Translations under genes and position numbers: made by a program
Notes under the pieces: model-generated
Told to the model about the DNA's origin: nothing
Database searches by the model: none
What the model saw: only the letters and a program-made list of their open reading frames with translations
From: Flavobacteriales bacterium
Lineage (GTDB): Bacteria; Bacteroidota; Bacteroidia; Flavobacteriales_C; GCA-002722245
Direction of reading: 5' to 3'
Length of the DNA stretch: 57,034 bases
Assembly (NCBI GenBank): GCA_038154685.1
Contig: JAYPYW010000013.1
Coordinates: forward strand, 1-57,034
Shown here: positions 18,848-27,379 of the stretch, in pieces
Layout: every line of letters begins with the position of its first letter
Numbering within the stretch: position 1 is the first letter of the stretch

Positions 18848-18855
18848 CAAAAATA
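18848..18855 (-). promoter_or_regulatory. candidate Bacteroidota -7 promoter box for asd
   Basis: The minus strand reads TATTTTTG, which matches the TAnnTTTG consensus, 29 nt upstream of the asd ATG. This short motif can occur by chance in AT-rich DNA. Confidence 0.25.
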
Positions 18856-18971
18856 ACGCTTTTTATTCTGATTAACATCTTTTTAACCAAGATTTCAATT
18901 ATTTGATGATTTACAACACTAATATTTGAAAAAAACACCTCAAATATCTGGTTTAGAATAACTTTGAAAAC

Positions 18972-20573
18972 ATGAAACCTATAATAGCCTACTTAACTGC
19001 CTCTTTGGGCCTAATTTCCTGTGCCTGTTTTTCGCAATCGGTACAACCTTACGATCTAATTATCACAGAAATAATGAGTGATCCAACTCCTGCCGTTGAG
19101 CTTCCTGAAGATGAATATTTAGAGATTTTCAACGACTCTGAGGCACCAATTCAATTGGCTGATATCGAACTTTGGGTTGGGCACCGAGAAGTAGTTCCCG
19201 ATAGCTTTTTATTGCTTCCAGATTCCTTTTATGTTTTTTGGGATCCAGAAATACCAGCTTTAAAAAATGGAGGCGATTCTATCAAAATCACTAATGATTT
19301 AAACCTAGTTCACAAAGTAGATTATAAACCCTCAATGCATGAATCCGATTTTAAAGAAGACGGTGGCTGGAGTTTAGAATTATTAGATTTTAATAAACCT
19401 TGTTTAACCCAAGGCAATTGGCAATCATCCATAAATGAAAAAGGAGGATCGCCTGGGGCAATCAACAGTAATGATGGGTCGCTTGAAATAGCTGAAGTTC
19501 AATTGGAAACATACTTTCCTGTAAATGATTCAACATTAGAACTAACCTTTAATGTTCCTATAGATTCAATTTGGACGGATCAAAAATTTTCAACTTCAGA
19601 AAATATCGTTCATATTTCCATTCCAAAGCTCGATTCAAATTCCTTTCAATCTTTTACCATTACAAATCCTCAAACATGTTTCGATCATTCATTTGAAGAC
19701 CAAACTATAAGGTATGCCTTACCTAATCTCGCTGATTCAGGAGAGTTAGTAATCAATGAAATCCTTTTTAACCCAGATGCATTAGGGTGTGATTTCATAG
19801 AGGTTTTTAACCCAACCAATAAAGCTTTTGATATTTCACAACTTTCGTTCTCTAAGTTTGATGATGAAGGATTACTAGAAGCTGCCGAACCTTTATATCA
19901 TTTACCAAAACTAATTGTACCCGAGGGGCATTTGGTATTTTGTTCAAATCCAAATTGGGTTAACCTTCAGTTTCCCAACGCTAAAAATGTACTTGAAACA
20001 TCCCTCCCTAGTATGAATAACAATGAGGGTTCTTTAGTGCTAATTAACAAATCAGGTAAAATTATAGATCATCTTTTTTACCAAGAAGACTGGCATTACC
20101 AGGAGCTTAATGATCCCGAAAATGTGAGCTTAGAAAAAATCATCCCACAAGGAATTAATAACTCAAGCAATTGGACATCAGCCTCTTCCTACGAAAACTT
20201 TGCCACACCAGGTTATCAAAACTCTAATTACGTAGCCATTACATCAACATCCCAAAAATTCGATTTTGAATATGATATTATTACCCCAAATGGAGATGAA
20301 TACCACGATAAATTATTACTCAAGTATCAATTTGAATCTGAAAATTGGACAGGAAGCATCGACGTAATAAACGCATCTGGAATTACAATTCATTCTATAA
20401 CTTCAGGGGCATTATTTGGTAAAAAGGGGGTAATTCAGTGGGACGGCTACCTAGATAGTGGAGGCCTTATTAAACCTGGAATTTATGCATTATGGATAAG
20501 TGTGTACAACCACTCCAACCAAGAATCTATCCAAGAAAAAATTACATTTTATATTAACGGAAAACTACAATAA
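18972..20573 (+). CDS. secreted protein with two lamin-tail-like (LTD) domains and a T9SS type-B-like C-terminal domain
   Basis: 533 aa. The lipobox-like N-terminus reads LGLISCAC. LTD-like starts are LIITEIMSDPTP...EYLEIFN and LVINEILFNPDALGCDFIEVFNPT. The tail reads DIITPNGDEYHDKLLL...WDGYLDSGGLIKPGIYALWISV. Confidence 0.7.
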   Translation: MKPIIAYLTASLGLISCACFSQSVQPYDLIITEIMSDPTPAVELPEDEYLEIFNDSEAPIQLADIELWVGHREVVPDSFLLLPDSFYVFWDPEIPALKNGGDSIKITNDLNLVHKVDYKPSMHESDFKEDGGWSLELLDFNKPCLTQGNWQSSINEKGGSPGAINSNDGSLEIAEVQLETYFPVNDSTLELTFNVPIDSIWTDQKFSTSENIVHISIPKLDSNSFQSFTITNPQTCFDHSFEDQTIRYALPNLADSGELVINEILFNPDALGCDFIEVFNPTNKAFDISQLSFSKFDDEGLLEAAEPLYHLPKLIVPEGHLVFCSNPNWVNLQFPNAKNVLETSLPSMNNNEGSLVLINKSGKIIDHLFYQEDWHYQELNDPENVSLEKIIPQGINNSSNWTSASSYENFATPGYQNSNYVAITSTSQKFDFEYDIITPNGDEYHDKLLLKYQFESENWTGSIDVINASGITIHSITSGALFGKKGVIQWDGYLDSGGLIKPGIYALWISVYNHSNQESIQEKITFYINGKLQ

Positions 20574-20718
20574 AGAAAAAACTAAATCGTTTGAGTATTA
20601 GAAACTGTCACTTCAGTATCAACTTTACCCACTTTATCAATTTTGTCTATCACTCCAGACCAATTGGCTGTAAATTTGAAATGGTAATAAGGTAGTTTCT
20701 TATAGTTAAGGGTTTTGT

Positions 20719-20752
20719 AAAGGTCACGCATTCTGCGGACCTTTCTTTTTTT
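20719..20752 (+). terminator. hairpin plus T-run between convergent genes; probable terminator of the LTD gene
   Basis: aaaggtc(a)cgca-ttc-tgcg-gaccttt followed by cttttttt. It lies 145 nt after the stop at 20573. Confidence 0.45.
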
Positions 20753-20762
20753 CTAGCAATTC

Positions 20763-21506
20763 CTAAAACAATTCCTTATAGTACTTTTCAAAAGAAAACC
20801 AACGAGCGTAAGTTAAATTGAAGAATACACTTCTTTTAATTAAATCATTGGATGAAATTGTGCTCGACCAGTTATAACCCCATACAGGGTGGCTCGGGTA
20901 AAGCTCTAGGTTGATTCTGTTTTTTTGCTGAAACTGTACCGTTACATTAAAACCTGTAGCTGTACTATCACTTTCTATTGATTTAAATACAACCTCAGCG
21001 GCAATGGATAAATTGTCGTTAAAATCCCTTTGGTAACCCAAATAGGTTTTCTTAATTTTTAAAAACTCAGTCCAGCCTATGTTCTCGGTTACACTTGTTG
21101 CGGAAGAGGTTCGGATGGAATATCTAAAAAACTCTTCATAACCACTGCGAGTCCTAAAAAGCAATTTATTTCCAGCATATTTCAATTCAATGTCATGACC
21201 GTGATAATAGTAATTACTTGTATTATTAATTAACCATCCTCTTGCAATTTTACCATAGTAACCATAGCTAAAATATTCGTGGTAAATAGGAGTTATTTTA
21301 GCTTCGCCTGTTACCCCCAGAGTTAAATACAAACTATCTTCTAACGCCTGAAATCCTGCCGAATTTGTAAGAACGTTATTTCTTCCCCTTGTAAAAAGTG
21401 CTTCTGTTCCAGGACCAACTTCAAACTTATAACCCAAACCATTTTGAGCTTCTGTGAAAACCACAGAGAAAAGAGTTAAAACGAGTATGACTTTCTTAAT
21501 ATTCAT
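20763..21506 (-). CDS. hypothetical outer-membrane-type beta-rich protein
   Basis: 247 aa with signal MNIKKVILVLTLFSVVFTEAQ. The composition is aromatic/Gly-rich with alternating residues, and the C-terminal residue is Phe. The ATG overlaps the upstream stop as TAATG. Confidence 0.6.
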   Translation of the reverse strand: MNIKKVILVLTLFSVVFTEAQNGLGYKFEVGPGTEALFTRGRNNVLTNSAGFQALEDSLYLTLGVTGEAKITPIYHEYFSYGYYGKIARGWLINNTSNYYYHGHDIELKYAGNKLLFRTRSGYEEFFRYSIRTSSATSVTENIGWTEFLKIKKTYLGYQRDFNDNLSIAAEVVFKSIESDSTATGFNVTVQFQQKNRINLELYPSHPVWGYNWSSTISSNDLIKRSVFFNLTYARWFSFEKYYKELF

Positions 21507-24040
21507 TAATTCAAGTTCAGCGCAAGAACAACTCTCACTTGGTTTAAAGTTAAAGGAGCTATCGTTTCAGTAAATGGTTTCATATTGGCCGCATAAATTA
21601 CCCCTGTTCTTATTTTGGATGTTTTACCAACTAAATAATCCATTCCTACACCGATTAAATATTTGTTTTGGAAAAAAGGTAACTCAGTATCTTCAATTAA
21701 CTCGAAGGTAGACTCATCACTATTACCCTTCCAAAATACCTGATTGTAATTACCCTCTAATTGAATTCCCCCCTTAATCCAATACTTATTTATAGTATTA
21801 AAATAATTAGAAGCAGTAAACATGATTGGTACCTGCGCACCATAATTAACCATTTTTATCTCAGTGGTTGGCGAAAAAGTTTGTCCGTTAAGGTTAGCTG
21901 TATTAAAATCATTGTGTATTCTGAATTTGGCACCAGTAAAAACTTGAGCCCCTGCCCCTATTTCAAACCCTAACCAATCGTTTATACCTAAATCCTTACT
22001 TATCATTACAGGCACAACTCCTAACATTGGAGCGGAGGTGAAAATTGTTGTGTCAATTGGTTTTGCCCAGCCAATAACAGGATTTGCAATATTTATCCAC
22101 CATTGATTATTTTTAGTCATTTCTGCTTTAGATGAGCTATAACTATTAGCATGAGCGGTTTTCCCATAAACATCAAAATTTCTTAAGACAGTAGCATTCA
22201 CAAAATGTCCTCTTGCAGTAGCGTCTTCATCAAAACCATACTCCACTTCTCCAGCTCTGTAGTAATGCCACATATAGTCCACCGAAAAATCTAGTCGGTG
22301 AGAAATATTATAATTCAATTTTAACCCATTGGACCACCTCAAAATAAACGGAGTATTACTAAATCCATTTACATTAAAATCGGGATTTAAAAACGTCGCC
22401 ATTAAAGATAATTGCGAATACTTTTTAGTTCCATCCCAATCGGATTTAAAAGCAAAAGAAGGTCCTAAGCTAATTTTTTGATAGCCATAATAAGCATCAA
22501 CACCACTTCCCAGTTCATCGGCAATAATCCATGAAGAAACAGTGAAATCATGAAAACCAGATGCATATTCACCTCTTATTCTAAGAACCTTTCCACCAAC
22601 ATACCCCCTGGCGCCTACTTCACCACTTATTTGAAAATTTTCAAATAAAATTCCATGTCCTGCCGAACCTCTTGCATAACCTCCCCAACCGAAATTCTCA
22701 CCCAACGTTCCCCAAAAGTTCACTTCACCATTAAAATCCAGAGTAAATGTTTGGTAATTCTCGGTTTGATCGTTTGTTGAAAAAGTATTTCCATCATACA
22801 CTGAATAACTACTGTTGTAAAAAGTAGGAGCGGAAGTAACTCCGTATCCATACTTTAAACCAAGTTTGTAGCTATTTCCATTGTAAAAAGATTCATTGTT
22901 ATCGTTACCAACCGTCCCATAAACCAGCTTTCCAATAGCATAATGCAACATTAATGCTGCCGCCCCCATTTCACTTGCAGAACCTAACCTTTCATTCGTT
23001 ATTTCTTGTTGTTTTTTTTGATGTTCTAACATTCGCTGCTGGCGCTCATATTCCAACTGTTGCTCAGATTTCGCTGTTGAGGTTGAAGTGCTGGTTGAAC
23101 TCGTTTCAGTTTCTTCCATCTTTTTTTCCTCGGCTTCTTCCTTTTCTTCCTCTTCCTTTTTCGCTTCTTCCTCTCTTTTATCCTCTATCTCCTTGTCGAT
23201 ATTTTCAATTTTCGACTTAATATCCGCATTGTCGGGATCATAACTTAAAGCCTTTTTATATTCAGATTTAGCAGCAGGAAAATCGCCATTAAAATAATGC
23301 TCATCACCTTGTTTAATATGAGCCTCTACAGCCTTATCATTCTTCTCTTGTTTAATTTTATCCTTTGCTTCAGCATATTTGGCCTGAGCCGATTCGTTAT
23401 CAACTCCCATATACTGCGCTTTTCCATACTGTTCTTTGGCAGCCTCATAATTACCAGAAGCCATGTACTGATCCCCCGATTGAATGAATTGATCATACTC
23501 GGATTTTTTAGCTTTTTCGGATAAGAAATCATTGATTTTTGAAGATTGGGTATCAGCAGTAACCAGCTTTAAATTTCTAATTCTTAAACTAGCTATATCC
23601 TTTTTATAAGCTGTCCCATCTAAACCTAATTGCTTGAAAAAATCATAGGTGTCACCAAAACAACCCACTAAAAATCCAGTGGCATAATCAATCTTAACGG
23701 AACCTAGTAAAAAACTCCCATTGTACAGATCTGCAGTAAGATTAACAACATCACAATATGGTTTCCAAATTCCTGATTCAATTTCATTTTGCTGATAATA
23801 TGTACCCTTGTAATGATATTGAGAGCTGGATGCATTAGACTCCTTAAAACCTAGCAAGAAAACCGGAACGCCACCACAACTTTTAAATTCATAAGCAAAC
23901 TTCATGTTGGAAATTACATATCCATCTTTTCCAAAATCCGAAGGATTATAGGATAAAGTCAAGGAGTGAGCCTCCTGAGCAGTTAGTCCAGAATTAAAAA
24001 GAAATAAAACAACAAAAGCAAGGATTAACTTCCGCAACAT
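21506..24040 (-). CDS. secreted protein with TPR-like repeats, an acidic/Lys-rich coiled region and a large beta-rich C-terminal domain
   Basis: 844 aa with a signal peptide. TPR-like units include GNYEAAKEQYGKA and GDFPAAKSEYKKALSYDPDN. A low-complexity stretch reads EEAKKEEEEKEEAEEKKMEETETSSTSTSTST. The remaining ~480 aa are rich in Gly, Tyr, Asn and Phe. Confidence 0.65.
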   Translation of the reverse strand: MLRKLILAFVVLFLFNSGLTAQEAHSLTLSYNPSDFGKDGYVISNMKFAYEFKSCGGVPVFLLGFKESNASSSQYHYKGTYYQQNEIESGIWKPYCDVVNLTADLYNGSFLLGSVKIDYATGFLVGCFGDTYDFFKQLGLDGTAYKKDIASLRIRNLKLVTADTQSSKINDFLSEKAKKSEYDQFIQSGDQYMASGNYEAAKEQYGKAQYMGVDNESAQAKYAEAKDKIKQEKNDKAVEAHIKQGDEHYFNGDFPAAKSEYKKALSYDPDNADIKSKIENIDKEIEDKREEEAKKEEEEKEEAEEKKMEETETSSTSTSTSTAKSEQQLEYERQQRMLEHQKKQQEITNERLGSASEMGAAALMLHYAIGKLVYGTVGNDNNESFYNGNSYKLGLKYGYGVTSAPTFYNSSYSVYDGNTFSTNDQTENYQTFTLDFNGEVNFWGTLGENFGWGGYARGSAGHGILFENFQISGEVGARGYVGGKVLRIRGEYASGFHDFTVSSWIIADELGSGVDAYYGYQKISLGPSFAFKSDWDGTKKYSQLSLMATFLNPDFNVNGFSNTPFILRWSNGLKLNYNISHRLDFSVDYMWHYYRAGEVEYGFDEDATARGHFVNATVLRNFDVYGKTAHANSYSSSKAEMTKNNQWWINIANPVIGWAKPIDTTIFTSAPMLGVVPVMISKDLGINDWLGFEIGAGAQVFTGAKFRIHNDFNTANLNGQTFSPTTEIKMVNYGAQVPIMFTASNYFNTINKYWIKGGIQLEGNYNQVFWKGNSDESTFELIEDTELPFFQNKYLIGVGMDYLVGKTSKIRTGVIYAANMKPFTETIAPLTLNQVRVVLALNLN

Positions 24041-24061
24041 TAATTAAGTGATTTTGCTCCA

Positions 24062-24069
24062 CAAAACTA
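24062..24069 (-). promoter_or_regulatory. candidate -7 promoter box for the 844-aa gene
   Basis: The minus strand reads TAGTTTTG (TAnnTTTG), 22 nt upstream of the ATG. It lies in the spacer of a 10-bp inverted repeat. Confidence 0.25.
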
Positions 24070-24270
24070 GTTACAATTTTAAAATCACTTCAAATCAACG
24101 AGTTAAAGTTCTCAACAAATAAATCAATCTAGTAATTTATGATGGTTTATAAACTCAAATAATCATTGTTAAATGATTGATTTAAAGTGTTATTAACAGG
24201 TATTTTATAACAACTTATCGATTTTTTTCAACATAAAATCGAAAAGACCTATAAATTCGTAACCACTGAT

Positions 24271-25350
24271 TTGCACGTGAACTTTAAACTATATCTTTCC
24301 TTTTATGTTTTCCTAGTAACAGGAATTCAACTAAGTGCACAATATGGGCCCTTAAGTGGAAGCACCTATGTTGGAGTAAACCATGATAATAGTAATTGGG
24401 ATACCGAGTATAACGCATATACTCAAAACGATGCGTACTGCGAAATAACAGGATCTCAATTAGATAATCAAGCGTCTGATAAGGTTAGAATTAAAGGTTT
24501 TGGGTTTAGTATCCCTGCATCCGAAACGATTACCGGAGTGGTTGTAGAAATGGACAGGAGTATCGCATCTGGATCTTGTCAGGACAATAACATTCAGCTA
24601 CTTAATACTTCCGGAGTAGAAGTAGGTACAAACTTATCGGAAGGTGATGTTTGGGCACCATTCGACTTAGACGTATACACTTCTTTTGGAGGAAGCAATA
24701 TTACATGGGGACTTTCCCTAACTCCATCTGATATAAACGATCCTGATTTTGGTGTCTCTTTTCAAGTTCTAGCCACTTCAAACAACGCAAAACCTAGGGT
24801 AGATCATATAAGAATTACTGTATACACAACTACAGCCTTACCAGTTGAATATACCAAAATATATACATCTAACGGTTCGGGAGAAACAATTTTACATTGG
24901 GAAACTGCATCAGAAACTAACAGCAATTACTTTCAAATACAAGGAAGTGAAGATGGAATAAACTGGGAAGTTTTAGGTGAAACAGCAGCAGCTGGATTCT
25001 CCATAAGCTTAATAAAATACAATTACCCATTAACAAACGATATTTCATCAAATTTAAATTACATCCGTATAAAGCAAGTAGATTTTGATAATACCTATTC
25101 ATATTCCAAAATCATTAAAACCCAAATCCCAGCAGAAGAGATTACAATTTTATTCCCTAGTGTATCTACAAATACTTTCTATATAAACACCCTTCAAAAT
25201 TCGTCCGCTTTCGTATATGATTATTCCGGTAAGCTTATCCAAGAACTTAAGCTGGAAAGCGGCATAAATATCTTTGGGTCCAATTTAAAACCGGGAAATT
25301 ATTTATTGTACCTAGACGCTGGCCTAACTATAAGATTCACCAAAAAGTAA
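24271..25350 (+). CDS. secreted protein with a T9SS type-A C-terminal sorting domain
   Basis: 359 aa. A domain starting LPVEYTKIY...LHWETASETNSNYFQIQGSEDGINWEVLG precedes the tail FPSVSTNTFYINTL...GKLIQELKLESG...LKPGNYLLYLDAG. The start is TTG (or the GTG at 24277), so it is uncertain. Confidence 0.75.
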   Translation: MHVNFKLYLSFYVFLVTGIQLSAQYGPLSGSTYVGVNHDNSNWDTEYNAYTQNDAYCEITGSQLDNQASDKVRIKGFGFSIPASETITGVVVEMDRSIASGSCQDNNIQLLNTSGVEVGTNLSEGDVWAPFDLDVYTSFGGSNITWGLSLTPSDINDPDFGVSFQVLATSNNAKPRVDHIRITVYTTTALPVEYTKIYTSNGSGETILHWETASETNSNYFQIQGSEDGINWEVLGETAAAGFSISLIKYNYPLTNDISSNLNYIRIKQVDFDNTYSYSKIIKTQIPAEEITILFPSVSTNTFYINTLQNSSAFVYDYSGKLIQELKLESGINIFGSNLKPGNYLLYLDAGLTIRFTKK

Positions 25351-25476
25351 AACTTTCCCCTTTCTCAATTTAATTCATAAAAACTATCTTTGGAGAGTTA
25401 GATTACTAATTCAAAATGGCTCTTTGCTTCAACTCTCTTTTTGAGATTTGTCTCACTAGGCACCATACTACATATT

Positions 25477-25550
25477 GGCCCCGTAGTTCAACTGGATAGA
25501 ATATCAGATTTCGGCTCTGAGGGTTGAGGGTTCGAATCCTTCCGGGGTCA
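25477..25550 (+). tRNA. tRNA-Arg (anticodon TCG)
   Basis: Folded by hand into a 74-nt cloverleaf: acceptor GGCCCCG/CGGGGTC, anticodon arm TCAGA-TTTCGGC-TCTGA, T arm GAGGG-TTCGAAT-CCTTC, discriminator A. No encoded CCA. Confidence 0.95.
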
Positions 25551-25562
25551 CTAAATGGAACA

Positions 25563-25590
25563 AGGCTACTCATTAAGAGTGGCCTTTTTT
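25563..25590 (+). terminator. intrinsic terminator after tRNA-Arg; overlaps the last codons of the convergent AraC gene
   Basis: aggctactc-attaa-gagtggcct (9-bp stem with one G-U pair) ending in tttttt. Confidence 0.6.
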
Positions 25591-26598
25591 GATTTTGGAG
25601 TTTCTATACTGAACCGGCGACATTCCAGTCCACCTTTTAAAAGATCTTGTAAAGGCACTGAGTTCGGTGTAATTGAGTAAATAAGCTATATCACTTATGC
25701 TTAAATGAGGCTTTTTGATGTAGCCTAAGGCAAAATCCTTTTTAAGTTCTTCGATAATTTTTTTGAAGGAAAGCCCTTCCTCTTTTAGTCTTCTTTGTAA
25801 GGTTCTCGAACTTAAATTTAGATGCGATGCAACTTGCTCGATTGTTGGGAATTCAGGCTTTACCAAATTCAAAACTGTTTGAGCGACAGCAGCCCCAAAA
25901 CCAAGTTGATTAGATTTTTTTCTAGATAGGTCTTCAGCGTGCTCAATTAAGGTTTGCAGTAAACCATAATTTGATGTTATGATTAGTGCTTCTATGTGTT
26001 CCTTTTTAAAATAAATAGCAACTTCTTCTTTTTCGAAATGAACCTTACATCCAAAAGCATGCTCCAATTCAGCATAATTACTTTTTGATTTCCAACCTAA
26101 GTGAACTTTAATTGGATATTGTTGCATATAAGTTAATGAATGAAACTCCTTTATTTTAAATGCAATCACACCTAAAGCCGTATGTTGAAAAGCAACTTCC
26201 GAATGGTTTTTCCAAGTTTGATTTGCCGTAAAAAGCACTTTATATCCGTCATCTGTTGGAACAAGTTCCATTGGAAGAGCGGAACAACCTAAATTGGCAA
26301 ATTCACAACATAATTCATAAGCTTGTTTGATAGTTCCACTGCTTTGAACCAATTGTAAAATTAATCCGGCAGCAGAAAGATTTAAATGTTGACCAGCATG
26401 TAATCCAAAAAGATCATCTTCTGTTTTTTCTACAATTCGTTCAACAACTTTATTGTAATTCACATCATCTACAATACAATCTTCATTGGCTAATTCCTCG
26501 GAAGTTTTTCCGCTTAGCTTAATCAATTCAGGAATATCAGCACCTTGTTTAGCCGCCAAGTGCGCCATGTTTAATACAAATCTTCCATTAAAAGCCAT
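25573..26598 (-). CDS. AraC family transcriptional regulator
   Basis: The C-terminal HTH region reads LSSRTLQRRLKEEGLSFKKII...ISDIAYLLNYTELSAFTRSFKRWTGMSPVQYR. I prefer the ATG at 26596-26598 (MAFNGRF...) over the track start at 26655. Confidence 0.85.
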   Translation of the reverse strand: MAFNGRFVLNMAHLAAKQGADIPELIKLSGKTSEELANEDCIVDDVNYNKVVERIVEKTEDDLFGLHAGQHLNLSAAGLILQLVQSSGTIKQAYELCCEFANLGCSALPMELVPTDDGYKVLFTANQTWKNHSEVAFQHTALGVIAFKIKEFHSLTYMQQYPIKVHLGWKSKSNYAELEHAFGCKVHFEKEEVAIYFKKEHIEALIITSNYGLLQTLIEHAEDLSRKKSNQLGFGAAVAQTVLNLVKPEFPTIEQVASHLNLSSRTLQRRLKEEGLSFKKIIEELKKDFALGYIKKPHLSISDIAYLLNYTELSAFTRSFKRWTGMSPVQYRNSKIKKGHS

Positions 26599-26693
26599 GC
26601 TTAAATATAGTACAAATGAACTTTGGCGCGAAATGTTAAACAATTGGCATTTCAAGCCAAGTCAAACAGGAGGAATCGCTCCACCTTTGAAAC

Positions 26694-27203
26694 ATGAAAA
26701 GAAGATACAAATTCACACTAATCACATTATCAATAGCAGTTTTATTAATCATTTTAAATCAATTCATCATGCGATCAATCAAAACAGAAATAACAATTAA
26801 TGCCCCTAAAGAGAAGGTTTGGAACCTATTAATGGATCATAAAAACTACCCAACTTGGAACCCATTTGTAAAGCACATTGAAGGAGGTGTTCAACCGGGT
26901 GAAAACTTATCGGTGACTGTCCAAAGTGAAGGGAACAAGTCAATGGATTTTAAACCACTTGTTTTAACCAACAATACAGCTAAGGAGTTCCGATGGAAAG
27001 GAAAGCTTTTTGTAAATGGATTGTTTGACGGAGAGCATTATTTTCAAATTGAAGAAATTTCCGAAAACCAAGTTAAATTCATTCATGGAGAAAACTTTAC
27101 AGGATTATTATCTGGTGTTTTAACTCCTTTAATATTGGATGATACCAAAAAAGGGTTTGAACAAATGAATGAAGCTTTGAAACAATTATCAGAAAGGTTT
27201 TAA
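26694..27203 (+). CDS. SRPBCC (START/Bet v1-like) domain protein with an N-terminal membrane anchor
   Basis: 169 aa. ITINAPKEKVWNLLMDHKNYPTWNPF...FRWKGKL...GEHYFQIEE. It is divergent from the AraC gene. Confidence 0.8.
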   Translation: MKRRYKFTLITLSIAVLLIILNQFIMRSIKTEITINAPKEKVWNLLMDHKNYPTWNPFVKHIEGGVQPGENLSVTVQSEGNKSMDFKPLVLTNNTAKEFRWKGKLFVNGLFDGEHYFQIEEISENQVKFIHGENFTGLLSGVLTPLILDDTKKGFEQMNEALKQLSERF

Positions 27204-27210
27204 AATGAAA

Positions 27211-27234
27211 GGAGCTCGTTTGAGCTCCTTTTTT
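27211..27234 (+). terminator. intrinsic terminator, potentially bidirectional
   Basis: ggagctc-gttt-gagctcc followed by tttttt, 8 nt after the SRPBCC stop. Confidence 0.75.
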
Positions 27235-27379
27235 ATTTCTTAATTATCTTTTGTTGGACTCCGTTAACATCTACGATGTAAACACCATTTGCCCAATATT
27301 GAATATTGATTTTAGTTGAATCTATTATTTCATCCATGTACATTAATTTCCCAATTGAGTTAAAGATTAGAATAGTGGA
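27233..27379 (-). pseudogene. orphan remnant of a T9SS type-A C-terminal sorting domain, out of frame with the upstream ORF
   Basis: My translation of the minus strand gives STILIFNSIGKLMYMDEIIDSTKINIQYWANGVYIVDVNGVQQKIIKK*. This resembles only the second half of a type-A tail. The frame opens just after a TGA and has no start codon. Confidence 0.5.

Noticed and set aside
22954-23532. ORFs 22954..23220 (+), 23297..23524 (+) and 23326..23532 (-) inside the 844-aa gene.
   Set aside because: They arise from the low-complexity Glu/Lys-rich coding stretch, which stays open in several frames. The long frame with the signal peptide and TPR units is the real one.
25393-25442. A hairpin (ggagagtt ... 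aactctc plus ttttt) between the T9SS cargo gene and tRNA-Arg, as a terminator or small RNA. A TATCTTTG box at 25385-25392 was also noted.
   Set aside because: The stem is only 7 bp and has a 31-nt loop, so it is not a convincing intrinsic terminator. With the promoter-like box 85 nt upstream of the tRNA, it may be a tRNA leader, but the evidence is too thin to annotate.
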